A stretch of DNA of 64,000 nucleotides from Nitrospinota bacterium. Lineage in GTDB: Bacteria; Nitrospinota; Nitrospinia; Nitrospinales; JACRGP01. The stretch is taken from contig JACQQK010000109.1 in the NCBI GenBank assembly GCA_016207065.1, positions 1,666-65,665 of the forward strand. Direction: 5' to 3'. This document shows positions 17,587 to 27,093 of this stretch, piece after piece. The notes below the pieces were generated by a model, which saw nothing but the letters and a program-made list of their open reading frames with translations, was not told the origin of the DNA and searched no databases. The translations under genes and the position numbers were made by a program. How positions within the stretch are numbered: position 1 is the stretch's first letter; each line of letters starts with the position of its first letter.

Positions 17587-19434
17587 ATGGGGGACGTAAT
17601 GGACGCTGTAGTCGAACTCACGACGCGAGAAAAAGTCCCGGCGGAACACACTTGGGACTTGAGCGGGCTTTACCCTTCGAACGCCGCATGGCAGGCGGAT
17701 TTCGATTCCCTGGAATCCGAGGCGTCCGGTTACGCCGGGTATCAGGGGACCCTGGGAAGGTCGCCAGCCGCCGTCAAGGCCTGTCTGGAGTTCGACCTGA
17801 AAATATCGAGAAAGCTCGACGCGTTATATACTCACGCCCACCTCAGGAACGACGAAGACAAGACGAACGCGGCGAACCAGGAAAATTTCGAAAAGGTCTC
17901 GGGGCTTCACGCCAGGATACTGAAGGCCAGAAGCTTCATCGCGTCCGAGCTCATGGCCATACCCGAGGAGCGGATGGACGCCTTCCTTCAGGACAAGGAC
18001 CTGGAGTTTTACAGGTTCCACCTGGAACAAATCCTGCGGTCCCGGCGTCACACCCTTTCCCCAAAAGAAGAGGCCTTGCTCGCTTCCGCGACCGAGATGG
18101 CGAAAAACGCGCAGGAAGCTTTCGCCATGCTGGACAACGCCGACTTGAAGTTGGGGCGGATCAAGGACGAAACCGGACAGGAGATCGTCGTCACGCACGG
18201 GAATTTCCAAAGCTTACTGCAAAAACACGACCGCCGGGCGCGGAAGGACGCGTTTGAAACGTTCTATTCCGCTTACGCGGACCACCAGTACACCTATTCT
18301 TCCCTGCTCGCTGGAAGCGTCAAGAAAGACCTGTATTTCAGCCGCGCGCGGAACTTCGACCAGACCCGGGAGCGGGCCCTGTTCCAGGAAAACGTCCCCG
18401 CCGAGGTCTACGACAACCTGGTCCGGACCGTCCGCGCCAGCCTGGCCCCGCTCTATAAATATTTCGGCCTGCGCAAGCGGATCCTGGGGCTGGACGAGTT
18501 GCGCGTTTACGATTGCAACGTCCCGCTGATCAAGGACTTTAACTGGCGCATGGACTACGCGGAGGCGTCCGAGACCATCCTGAGCGCATTAGCCCCCTTG
18601 GGCGGCGATTATCGCGATGTCCTGCGGCAGGGGCTGACGCGCGAACGGTGGGTGGACCGTTATGAAAACAAGGGCAAGCGGAGCGGAGCGTATTCCTCCG
18701 GATGCTACGATTCGCATCCCTTCATCCTCATGAATTTCCGGGAGGACAACATCAACAGCGTCTACACCCTGGCGCACGAGGCGGGGCATTCCATGCACTC
18801 GCATTATTCGCGGAAGTCCCGTCCGTACCTGTACGCGGATTACACGATCTTCGTGGCCGAGGTCGCCTCGACTTTCAACGAGGCCCTGCTGACCCGTTAT
18901 CTGCTGGGGCGCGACCCAAGCCATGAAATGAAAATCTATATCGTGTCCCGCGAAATAGACAACTTCCGCGGGACCCTCTACCGCCAGACGATGTTCGCCG
19001 AATTCGAACGCCTGGTCCATCAGGCCGCCGCGGGCAACCGGCCGCTGACCGCGGACTTCCTCAAGGACGCGTACCGGAAACTGCTCCGCGACTACTTTGG
19101 AGACGGCGTCGTCCTGGACGAAAGTCTCGCGCTGGAGTGTTTCCGGATCCCGCATTTTTATTCCAGCTTTTACGTTTACAAATACGCCACCGGCATATCC
19201 GCCGCCTACGCGTTGGCGGACCGTGTCCTGAACGGAGGCGAGTCCGAATTGAACGATTACCTGAATTTTCTGAAATCCGGGGGATCGAAGTACCCCATCG
19301 ACCTGTTGCGCGACGCGGGGATCGATATGACCTCCCCCCGGCCCGTCGAGGCCGCCGTGAAAAAATTCTCCGGTCTCGTCGACGAGCTGGAGGCCTTGAC
19401 GGCCTTGAGCGGTCAACACGCCGTGCCCCGATGA
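17587..19434 (+). CDS. pepF: Oligoendopeptidase F (M3B)
   Basis: 615 aa with HEAGHSMHS zinc motif and M3B length and architecture. An alternative ATG lies at 17599. Confidence 0.9.
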   Translation: MGDVMDAVVELTTREKVPAEHTWDLSGLYPSNAAWQADFDSLESEASGYAGYQGTLGRSPAAVKACLEFDLKISRKLDALYTHAHLRNDEDKTNAANQENFEKVSGLHARILKARSFIASELMAIPEERMDAFLQDKDLEFYRFHLEQILRSRRHTLSPKEEALLASATEMAKNAQEAFAMLDNADLKLGRIKDETGQEIVVTHGNFQSLLQKHDRRARKDAFETFYSAYADHQYTYSSLLAGSVKKDLYFSRARNFDQTRERALFQENVPAEVYDNLVRTVRASLAPLYKYFGLRKRILGLDELRVYDCNVPLIKDFNWRMDYAEASETILSALAPLGGDYRDVLRQGLTRERWVDRYENKGKRSGAYSSGCYDSHPFILMNFREDNINSVYTLAHEAGHSMHSHYSRKSRPYLYADYTIFVAEVASTFNEALLTRYLLGRDPSHEMKIYIVSREIDNFRGTLYRQTMFAEFERLVHQAAAGNRPLTADFLKDAYRKLLRDYFGDGVVLDESLALECFRIPHFYSSFYVYKYATGISAAYALADRVLNGGESELNDYLNFLKSGGSKYPIDLLRDAGIDMTSPRPVEAAVKKFSGLVDELEALTALSGQHAVPR

Positions 19435-19510
19435 GGATGTCGCGCATAAACATCTCTCGATATTTCGAGCGTATTTGTTTTTTCCAACCACTTTATAAAG
19501 GAATTACATC

Positions 19511-20317
19511 TTGAAAAAACCAGATTATCCCCAACGGTTCAATAGAGAGGGAAATAATCCCCGCAGGTCCCAGCAAGGACAAGGACGGCCAAACCGTCCC
19601 GCGGGAGGCCCTCCTCAAAACCGGACGCAATCCCCGGGGCATGCCCAGGCCGTCCGGCTGTGGATGACCCCCTCGTCTCAAACCCTGACCTCCCACATCC
19701 CCATGATCAAAAAACGCATGCAGGACAATCCCGTCAAAAAGGCGGAGACGGCCAGCAACGGCGCCAACCCGTATGCGCACAAAAACAAAGGCAAGAACAA
19801 ACGCCCTTACGAGAAGTTCAGGCCGGATACGAGCAACGGAAGCCCGTTTAACAGGAACAAGCCGACTTACAAATCCCGCGAAGCCGAGGAGACGTTTGTC
19901 GAAAAGATCGAAAGCCAACCCGCGGTCCGGCAGGAACAAAGCGGAAACGGGACGGCGGCGGCCCTCCAGATCGACGCGTTCGAGTTATTCTGCGCCTACC
20001 ATCTGGGAATCGGCCCGAACAAAGAGTTCCGTCCGGCCAATATCCACGAGGTCGCCAAGCGCTTCGGCACCAACCCCGCCGTTATCCGCCAGTCGGTCAA
20101 GGACCACGCCATGGACGCGGAATCCCTTCTGAACCGGGACTTCGACATGGCCCTGGCCCAGTTGGACATTCAAGTGGCCCCCGAAGGGATCGACAAGACG
20201 GAACTGGCAAAGGGAATCTATCAGGAGTTTTTACAGGCCCCTCTCAAAAAGAGGGATTGGAAGAAGATCCTCGATGAGGACCGGCAGGAAAATATAAAAG
20301 TGTTCGGCAAAAACTGA
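19511..20317 (+). CDS. Hypothetical protein with basic disordered N-terminus and alpha-helical C-terminal domain
   Basis: Apparent TTG start with AAGGA upstream. The N-terminal 140 aa are R/K/Q/P/N-rich. The C-terminal 120 aa (QIDAFELFCAYHLGIGPNKEF...) look globular. No family recognised. Confidence 0.5.
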   Translation: MKKPDYPQRFNREGNNPRRSQQGQGRPNRPAGGPPQNRTQSPGHAQAVRLWMTPSSQTLTSHIPMIKKRMQDNPVKKAETASNGANPYAHKNKGKNKRPYEKFRPDTSNGSPFNRNKPTYKSREAEETFVEKIESQPAVRQEQSGNGTAAALQIDAFELFCAYHLGIGPNKEFRPANIHEVAKRFGTNPAVIRQSVKDHAMDAESLLNRDFDMALAQLDIQVAPEGIDKTELAKGIYQEFLQAPLKKRDWKKILDEDRQENIKVFGKN

Positions 20318-20399
20318 GAGGAGTTTTTTTAAGAACGAGGTCCCCCCTTTCGCCCGGCGCGGCCGAATACCCGGACCGCCGCCCGGATTCATTCCCGTT

Positions 20400-21914
20400 T
20401 TACCGGCGTATCCTCGCCTCGCGGAGAGAGTCGAGATTTTCTCTTTCGAATTTCAGTCCTTCGTGGATGATCTTGTCCTGCAGGTTCACGGCCTGGCCGA
20501 TGGAGCATTTCAAGTCGTTCATGATAATGGAAAAGGCGAACCGCTCCCCCCGCCGCGACTGAAAATACCCCGAAACGGCGCTCGTGAAATTGAGCGTCCC
20601 CGTTTTGACCCGCGCCCGTTGCGCGTCGTTCACGCCCTTCATCCGCTTCTTGACGCTTCCGTCCAGCCCCATCACCCCCAGCGCGGAGATGAACTCCGGA
20701 TAGACGCTCCAATCGTCATAGACGACCTCGAGCACGCGGACGAACTGGTCGGCGGAGATACGGTTTTGCCGGGACAGCCCCGATCCGTCCAGGATGCGGA
20801 ATTGGTCCGGCGCGTAACCCAGGGACTGCATGAACTCCTCCATCGCCTTGATCCCGTTGGCGGTCGTTCCGGGCGGGTCGAACCGCTCGGCGCCGATGGT
20901 CTTCACAATCTGTTCGGCGATGAAGTTGTTGCTGTACTTGTTCAATCCGCCGAGGATTTCCGAAAGCGGCTCCGACTCGTGAGTCAGCAATAGCCCCGCG
21001 TCGTTGGGCATCGCCCCCTTCCTCGCCTCTCCGGTCACCTCGATCCCGTTACGGACCAACAGTTCCCTCAAGACCTTGACCGTATAGAGCGTCGGGTCGG
21101 AGATATTGAGGAAAAAACGCGACCGGGCCCCGTTCATCGGCACTCCGCCGGACAGGGTCACTTCGTCGAACCCCTCCCCTTCGAGCCGGTTGACCATCAG
21201 CCGGTGATTGTTGCGGTTACTGGCGACGGTGACCGCGCCGTTCTTGACCCGGATGTAATCCGTATCGGGATCGACCACCACCACCGGTTTCTCGCCGGGG
21301 CGGGCGCCGGGGTTCACGTACACGGCGACCGTGTTGAAATTGAACGACAGGGCCCCGATCGGGGCGTTATAAGGTTGCGCGCCGAAGTTCTTCTTCCATG
21401 TCTTGATCCTCAACTCGTCGTCGAAAAACGAGTTGTCGGCGACGATGCTTCCTTCCACTTTCCGGACCGGCAGGTTCCTGAACCCGTTGACCAAATGCCA
21501 CATCTGCTCCGAAACCAGCTTGGGATCGCCAAAGCCCTTGATATAAAGGTCCCCCTTCAAAGTGGTCCCTTCGATCTTGCCGGGCGAGTAAAGCTGGGTG
21601 ACAAACCGGTAGTCCGGCCCCAGTTCCTTCAAGGCCGCGGCGGTCGTGATCAACTTCATATTAGAAGCGGGGACAAGCGGCCGGTCGCTGTTGACCTGAT
21701 ACAAAACCTCTTTCTTGTCGAGGGAATATATTTTTACGCCGTAATTCCCGTTTCTCAGGCAGAGGTGGTTCAATATCCCGTCCGCCGTTTTCTTGAACTG
21801 CGCGACGGAATTTTCCTCCGCGCCGGCGGCGCGGGGTCCCGAAAATAAAATCTGCCCTAGGATGGCCGCGGCCAGAACGATGATTCTCATTTTGTCGACT
21901 CCGATTCGATCCAT
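20400..21914 (-). CDS. dacB: D-alanyl-D-alanine carboxypeptidase/endopeptidase (PBP4, peptidase S13)
   Basis: Signal peptide, PASNMKLITTAAAL (SxxK), and the typical PBP4 length and C-terminal KTGTL (KTG) motif. Confidence 0.9.
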   Translation of the reverse strand: MDRIGVDKMRIIVLAAAILGQILFSGPRAAGAEENSVAQFKKTADGILNHLCLRNGNYGVKIYSLDKKEVLYQVNSDRPLVPASNMKLITTAAALKELGPDYRFVTQLYSPGKIEGTTLKGDLYIKGFGDPKLVSEQMWHLVNGFRNLPVRKVEGSIVADNSFFDDELRIKTWKKNFGAQPYNAPIGALSFNFNTVAVYVNPGARPGEKPVVVVDPDTDYIRVKNGAVTVASNRNNHRLMVNRLEGEGFDEVTLSGGVPMNGARSRFFLNISDPTLYTVKVLRELLVRNGIEVTGEARKGAMPNDAGLLLTHESEPLSEILGGLNKYSNNFIAEQIVKTIGAERFDPPGTTANGIKAMEEFMQSLGYAPDQFRILDGSGLSRQNRISADQFVRVLEVVYDDWSVYPEFISALGVMGLDGSVKKRMKGVNDAQRARVKTGTLNFTSAVSGYFQSRRGERFAFSIIMNDLKCSIGQAVNLQDKIIHEGLKFERENLDSLREARIRR

Positions 21915-22030
21915 GAAAAAATTTTACAGATTTAAAGGAATAAACACAATGCGAAAGAAAATCACCCGAGCGGATGGACGCCAATTACTGAGGGAAGCGC
22001 TAAATAGACGGCATTTCAAATTCCCCTAAA

Positions 22031-22090
22031 TCCTCCTTTGCAAGGGGGACTTTCTCTCCCCTCCTTGAAAAAGAGGGGCGGGGGAGATTT
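22031..22090. repeat. Variant pair of the short GC hairpin repeat (CCTTTGCAAGGGGG / CCCCTCCTTGAAAAAGAGGGGCGGGGGAGATT)
   Basis: Related to 835-865 and 52021-52060. Lies in the dacB / kinase divergent spacer. Confidence 0.6.
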
Positions 22091-22245
22091 TTATCCTTAA
22101 CATGCAAAAGCGTTAAAAATGCCGCCTGTTTGATGCTCCGAGTAATAATTGGCAGGCCGGGCGAAATGTGCTATTTTATCCGCCATCCAGCGGAACTGTC
22201 CGCGGCGACACGCCGCCCGCATTAACCCTCAAACCATCGCCTTTT

Positions 22246-23259
22246 ATGAATTACGACCTGGTAGGCATCGGCAACGCATTGGTGGACATCGAAGTCCAAG
22301 TCGAGGACGATTTCCTGGAAAAGTTCTCCCTCGCGAAGGGAGGGATGACCCTGTCGACGGCGGAACATCAAGTCCGCGTCTTGAACTCCCTCGCCGGCCG
22401 CTCGATGAAGATTTCATCGGGAGGTTCGGCCGCCAACACCGTCCACGGCCTGCGCGTCCTCGGCGCCAAAACGTATTACCTGGGCCGGGTGGCCAACGAC
22501 GCCTACGGCCATCATTATACCGAGGACATGACCCTTTGCGGCGTGGGGTTCCCCGGCCCCGGAGCCGAGACGGAAGGGACCGGTTCCTGCCTGGTCATGA
22601 TCACCCCGGACACCGAACGCACCATGCTCACCCATCTCGGCGTGTCATCGGCCCTGCATCCCGACAACGTGGACGAGACCATCGTCGAGAACGGCCAGGC
22701 GGTCTATATCGAAGGCTATCTGTGGGCGGCGGAGGAAACGCGCCAGGCCGCCCTCAAGCTGGCCGAGATCGCCAAAAAGAAAGGCGTCAGCGTGGCATTC
22801 ACCTTGAGCGACGCTTTCATCGCCAACTCGTACAAGGAGAGCCTGATCGATTTCATCCGCTGGAACGCCGACATCCTGTTTTGCAACCACGCGGAGGCCC
22901 TGGCCTTGACGGACACAAAAGACCCGGAGTCGGCGTTCTCCATATTACAGGGGATGACCGACACCCTGTTTCTGACCGTGGGGAAAGACGGGGCCTGGGC
23001 GGGAAAAGACGGAGGGCCGAGGGTCCATGTCCCGGCCTTCCCCGTCAAGGCGGTGGACACCACCGGCGCGGGAGACCTGTTCGCCGCGGGCGCGCTGTTC
23101 GGGCTCATCAGGAACCATGGCTTGAAGGAATCGGCCGTCATCGGCTCCTATTGCGCCGCCCAGGTGGTGACGCATCTGGGCGCGCGGATGCCGGTCCACT
23201 CGCACGCCGACATCGGCAAGATCCTCAAAAGCCACGAGGAACTTTCCAGGAAACGGTAA
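22246..23259 (+). CDS. PfkB-family carbohydrate/nucleoside kinase (adenosine-kinase-like)
   Basis: MNYDLVGIGNALVDIEV... N-terminus and DTTGAGDLFAAG anion-hole motif. Start moved to the ATG at 22246. Confidence 0.85.
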   Translation: MNYDLVGIGNALVDIEVQVEDDFLEKFSLAKGGMTLSTAEHQVRVLNSLAGRSMKISSGGSAANTVHGLRVLGAKTYYLGRVANDAYGHHYTEDMTLCGVGFPGPGAETEGTGSCLVMITPDTERTMLTHLGVSSALHPDNVDETIVENGQAVYIEGYLWAAEETRQAALKLAEIAKKKGVSVAFTLSDAFIANSYKESLIDFIRWNADILFCNHAEALALTDTKDPESAFSILQGMTDTLFLTVGKDGAWAGKDGGPRVHVPAFPVKAVDTTGAGDLFAAGALFGLIRNHGLKESAVIGSYCAAQVVTHLGARMPVHSHADIGKILKSHEELSRKR

Positions 23260-23317
23260 AGCCTCCCGGAGCCATCGGCAATCCGCCACAATGGCCCGCG
23301 GGCATTCCCCGCGCTCT

Positions 23318-24334
23318 TTATTGCCCCTTGAACGTGACACGCAGGTATTTTATGAGGTCCGCGAAATCTTGCGGGGGAAAAGTGAGTCCCCAATCCGGCA
23401 TCGAGGGAGATTTGCCCACGCTTTTCCCGCCATGGTAGACCACGTTGTAGAGGTAATCCTCGGGCATCTCGCTCAGCGGCATTTTCGCGTGGACGGCCGG
23501 TTTCGGGTCCAGTCCCGCGGCCCCCGGCCCGTCGCCTTCGCCCTTGAACCCGTGGCACTGCGCGCAATAGGTCTTGTAGACGGCCGCGCCGCGCTCGGGG
23601 TCGGCCTTCTGGAAATACTCGCTCTTCCAGGGCTCGTAATACTTGTAGCCGTCGATGCCCAGCGTCATCAGGTAGCCCACGATATAACGCGCTCCCAGCG
23701 CGCTGAGGTCCGCGAGATATTCGCCGCTGTGCGGCGTGAAATCCTGCGGGTTCGCGGCGAACCGGTACAACCAGTCCGCGGTGTAGCGTTTCCCCGCGGA
23801 GTAAAGCGTCACGCTGATCGGCCCGCCGACTTTCTTGCCGTCTTCCATGATCTGGTGGCAACCGATGCAGGAGTATTTTTTGTAGATGTCGGCGCCGAAA
23901 CCCGCTTCCATCTCCGTGAACCTGGAAAGGTCGAGGGCGTTTTTTTGCACCCTGGGATCGCGGAAGTTCTTCTCCATGTAATCCGCTACCGCCTTGGCAT
24001 CGGATGAGGACAGGGCGGGGTGCTTGGAATCTTTCTTCTTGGAATCCCAGCGGTAACCGTTGGGATAGAGAGCTTCTTCTTTTCCCTCCAACCAGCGGAG
24101 CGCCCAGTCCCGTTGATATTTGACCCCGGACCACATCATGTCCGGGGCGTCGAGGGTGAACTTGGATTTCGGCGGGCCGGAGAACCGATGACAGTTCTCG
24201 CAAGTCTCCTTGACGATTTTCGCGGCCCGGCCCTCGTCGCTTGCGGACGCAAAACCGGCGAAGGAAAGAATCGAGAGGGCGGCAACAACGGCGGCGCACA
24301 ATATTCTTTTGATCGAGATTTTCAACGTATCCAT
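23318..24334 (-). CDS. Secreted triheme c-type cytochrome
   Basis: Signal peptide plus three CxxCH motifs (CENCH, CIGCH, CAQCH). Last gene of the cytochrome operon. Confidence 0.85.
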   Translation of the reverse strand: MDTLKISIKRILCAAVVAALSILSFAGFASASDEGRAAKIVKETCENCHRFSGPPKSKFTLDAPDMMWSGVKYQRDWALRWLEGKEEALYPNGYRWDSKKKDSKHPALSSSDAKAVADYMEKNFRDPRVQKNALDLSRFTEMEAGFGADIYKKYSCIGCHQIMEDGKKVGGPISVTLYSAGKRYTADWLYRFAANPQDFTPHSGEYLADLSALGARYIVGYLMTLGIDGYKYYEPWKSEYFQKADPERGAAVYKTYCAQCHGFKGEGDGPGAAGLDPKPAVHAKMPLSEMPEDYLYNVVYHGGKSVGKSPSMPDWGLTFPPQDFADLIKYLRVTFKGQ

Positions 24335-24376
24335 GGCGTAATCCCTCCCAAAATGTTTTTCAGGCCAGACAAGCGC

Positions 24377-24826
24377 TTACTCGATATTCAACGGGGCGAA
24401 CCGGCGCAAGTATAAAATCAACCGCCAGATTTCATTGTCGCTCAACGCGGCCTTGTGGGCGGGCATGGCCGTCCCCCGGGAGCCGTTTTTGACGATCCAG
24501 AACATCTGCCCGTCCGTGACGTCTTTCATGGTTTCCCGGCAAGTAAAGTTCCTTGGCGGGGGGACGAGCTTCTCCGCCAACCGCCCATTCCCGTCCCCGC
24601 GGAGCCCGTGACAAAGTTTGCACGGGGTCGGCCGGGCTTTCTCGAGATACAACTCCTTCCCCGCCGTTACGTTCCCGGGGGTCCGTGTCAGGGGATTTTG
24701 AGCGCGGGAATACCGCTCCGGAGCCTGGGCGGTATTTCTGGGCTGTGGACATATGCCCGCCGCCTCGACGGCGGGCGAACCGCCGATGACAAGGCAAAAA
24801 GCCGCCGTTGCCGCCCGCCGTTTCAT
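24377..24826 (-). CDS. Monoheme c-type cytochrome (paralog 1)
   Basis: Signal peptide, CKLCHG, and shared C-terminal motif PPPRNFTC..MKDVTDGQMFWIVKNGSRGTAMPA...EIWRLILYLR. Confidence 0.88.
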   Translation of the reverse strand: MKRRAATAAFCLVIGGSPAVEAAGICPQPRNTAQAPERYSRAQNPLTRTPGNVTAGKELYLEKARPTPCKLCHGLRGDGNGRLAEKLVPPPRNFTCRETMKDVTDGQMFWIVKNGSRGTAMPAHKAALSDNEIWRLILYLRRFAPLNIE

Positions 24827-25416
24827 TGCGCGTTAGACAATCCCCGCAGATACAAGACCAATTCCCAGATCTCGTTGTCGTCCAGGAACTTGTAGGACGG
24901 CATGCCGGTCGCCAGGGAACCGTTCTTGATGGTCCAGAACATCTGCCCGTCGGAAACCTCCTTCATGGTCTCCGCGCAGTTGAAGTTGCGGGGTATCGCG
25001 GCGAGTCCCTGGGCCATCATGCCCATGCCGTTGCCGGAGGCGCCGTGACAGATTTTGCAGGCGGTGGGTTGCGCCTGCGCCTGGAACAGAGATTCCCCCT
25101 TCGTCAAGTTCTCCGCGGTGGGTTGCAAAGGGTTGGCCTTGTCGAGATACTCCCTGGGAGCCTGCGGGACGGTGCGCGTCTGCGGGCATAGGCCCTTGCC
25201 CCCCCGGCCCATCCCGTGATGCAACGAGTGGCGGTCGCCATGGTGCGGCCGGCCCTCGTGCATGGCCAGCGTGACGCTAGACTCATTACCGCCCCGGCGC
25301 CAGCGTGGGGCGGCGTCGCCCCCGGCGGCCAGCGCGACGGGTGGAAAGGAACCCCAGCAAAAAAATAAAAACGCCAGGCAACCGGCGGCGGCGTATGGAC
25401 ATGCTCGTTTCGTCAT
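24823..25416 (-). CDS. Monoheme c-type cytochrome (paralog 2) with His-rich linker containing an in-frame repeat element
   Basis: SD GAGGAA upstream of the ATG, signal peptide, CKICHG and the same C-terminal motif. Its stop overlaps the next gene's start (ATGA). Confidence 0.88.
   Translation of the reverse strand: MTKRACPYAAAGCLAFLFFCWGSFPPVALAAGGDAAPRWRRGGNESSVTLAMHEGRPHHGDRHSLHHGMGRGGKGLCPQTRTVPQAPREYLDKANPLQPTAENLTKGESLFQAQAQPTACKICHGASGNGMGMMAQGLAAIPRNFNCAETMKEVSDGQMFWTIKNGSLATGMPSYKFLDDNEIWELVLYLRGLSNAQ
25264..25330. repeat. Copy of the dispersed hairpin modules (CCAGCGTGACGCT.GACTC + TTACCGCCCCGGCGC.AGCG.GGGGCGGCGTCGCC) inside a CDS
   Basis: Aligns with 10625-10643, 4547-4582, 12991-13025 and 61104-61140. 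Translated in-frame as GGDAAPRWRRGGNESSVTLA within cytochrome 24823..25416. Confidence 0.85.
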
Positions 25417-25418
25417 TT

Positions 25419-26012
25419 CTATTCCTCAATGTGTCTTATATAGAGGACCAACTGCCAGATCTGGTCGTCCTCCAGGTTTTTATAGGCCGGCATGTCCGTT
25501 CCCGGAGAGCCGTTTTGAATGATCCAGAACATCTGTCCGTCGGGAATTTTTTTCATCGTCACGTAACAGGTGAAGTTCCTGGGCTGGGGCGTGGTCTGCT
25601 TGAACATGAGTCCCAGGCCATTGCCCGTCAGACCGTGGCAGATTCTGCACGGGGTCGGCCGGGTGTCGAAATGAAACAGGGTCTTGCCGGCGAGAATATT
25701 TCTTTCGCTCGGCTCCAGCGGGTTTTTCATGGTGTAATAGGGATCGGGAGCCTGCGGGGTCCGGCGCGGCTGGGGGCATAACCCGGATATTTCCGGCCCG
25801 CCCTCGTTCAAAGACGGCTCTCCCTTGTGCGCGGCAACCGGCCCGTTTTCATGGCCGGGCGGCGAACTCCTCGGCCCGTCTTGAGCGCTCGCCGGAGACT
25901 TTGCCGGCTCCGCGAAAACGGGACCGGAAAACCAGCAAACCGCCGTCGCGCAAAGGAAACCGGCGGCCATCGGTAAAAAGACGCTCCATAATCTCGAATG
26001 AACGCCGTTCAT
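25419..26012 (-). CDS. Monoheme c-type cytochrome (paralog 3)
   Basis: SD GGGAGGG, signal peptide, CRICHG, and shared motif PQPRNFTC..MKKIPDGQMFWIIQNGSPGTDMPA. Confidence 0.88.
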   Translation of the reverse strand: MNGVHSRLWSVFLPMAAGFLCATAVCWFSGPVFAEPAKSPASAQDGPRSSPPGHENGPVAAHKGEPSLNEGGPEISGLCPQPRRTPQAPDPYYTMKNPLEPSERNILAGKTLFHFDTRPTPCRICHGLTGNGLGLMFKQTTPQPRNFTCYVTMKKIPDGQMFWIIQNGSPGTDMPAYKNLEDDQIWQLVLYIRHIEE

Positions 26013-26052
26013 CGCAAACCCTCCCGCATGAAGTTGCCTGCATTAAAACCGA

Positions 26053-27051
26053 TCAGGGGAGATCGGGCAAAACGACGACGATGGGATCGCCTTCCAGCGC
26101 TTTCAGGAATTCCACCAAGTCCTTTTTCTCCGCGTCCGCCAGGCCCAGCGGGGCCATGAAAGCGCTCTTGTTTTTCGCTTCGCCCCCGCCGCGGTTGTAA
26201 AAATCGACGACCGCCTCGAGCGTCGGCTCGCTCCCGTCGTGCATGTACGGGGCGTTCCTTGTCACATGACGCAGGCCGGGAGTCTTGAAGGCCCCCCTGT
26301 CGTTCTCGTCCTTGGTCACGTTGTAGCGCCCGAGGTCCTCCTTCAACGGCCCCGCTTGTTTCACGCCCAGGTTGTGGAACTGGCTGTCGGTGAACGCCGG
26401 ACCGTTGTGGCAGATGGAGCACTTGGCCTTCCCGAAGAACAGCCCCATCCCCTTGACGGCGGAGGCGGACATGGCCTTCTTGTCGCCTTTCCAGTACTTG
26501 TCGTAGGGAGAATTTTTCGAAACCACGGCGCGTTCGTACGTGGCGATGGCCCTGGCGATGTTTTCGGAGGAGATCCCCGATTCGCCAAAAACTTTTTTGA
26601 ACATGTGGACGTAGCCGGAGACCGCTTTCAGTTCCTTGACCAGGTCGCCGAGGGGCTGGTTCATCTCGCCCGCCGCCTGGATGGGGCCGAGGGCCTGTTC
26701 CTCCAGCGTTTTGGCCCGGCCGTCCCAGAACTGCGACTCGAAATACCCGCTGTTGACGATCGTAGGCGTGTGACGTCCAAGCTCCTTCTGGCCGTTGCCC
26801 AAGGCCCTCGGCAAGCCGTCGCCGAAACCGAGGCCGGGGTTGTGGCACGTGGCGCAACTGATCCAGTTGCTCCCGGACAAGCGCGGATCGAAATAAAGGG
26901 CCTTGCCCAACTCCTCCTTGTCCTTCGACCAGGGGTTGTCCGCCGGGTGTTTCATTTCCGGGAGCGGCTGGTAAAAAGACTCTTCGGCCGGGGCCTGACC
27001 GGCAAGCAGGAATGAAACCAGGAACGCAAATAGAGTGGTCGCTATCTTCAT
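26053..27051 (-). CDS. Di-heme cytochrome c peroxidase (CCP/MauG family)
   Basis: Signal peptide, CATCHNPGLGFGDG and CSICHNGPAFTD heme motifs, ...TPGLRHVTRNAPYMHDGS..., 332 aa. Confidence 0.92.
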   Translation of the reverse strand: MKIATTLFAFLVSFLLAGQAPAEESFYQPLPEMKHPADNPWSKDKEELGKALYFDPRLSGSNWISCATCHNPGLGFGDGLPRALGNGQKELGRHTPTIVNSGYFESQFWDGRAKTLEEQALGPIQAAGEMNQPLGDLVKELKAVSGYVHMFKKVFGESGISSENIARAIATYERAVVSKNSPYDKYWKGDKKAMSASAVKGMGLFFGKAKCSICHNGPAFTDSQFHNLGVKQAGPLKEDLGRYNVTKDENDRGAFKTPGLRHVTRNAPYMHDGSEPTLEAVVDFYNRGGGEAKNKSAFMAPLGLADAEKKDLVEFLKALEGDPIVVVLPDLP

Positions 27052-27093
27052 GGGGCGCTCTCCTTCACTTGGAACGGTTGCTCGATTACCGCT

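Noticed and set aside
22149-24299. ORFs 22149..23438 (+) and 23148..24299 (-)
   Set aside because: They are alternative frames of the PfkB kinase and the triheme cytochrome, with Arg/Pro/Gly-rich composition.
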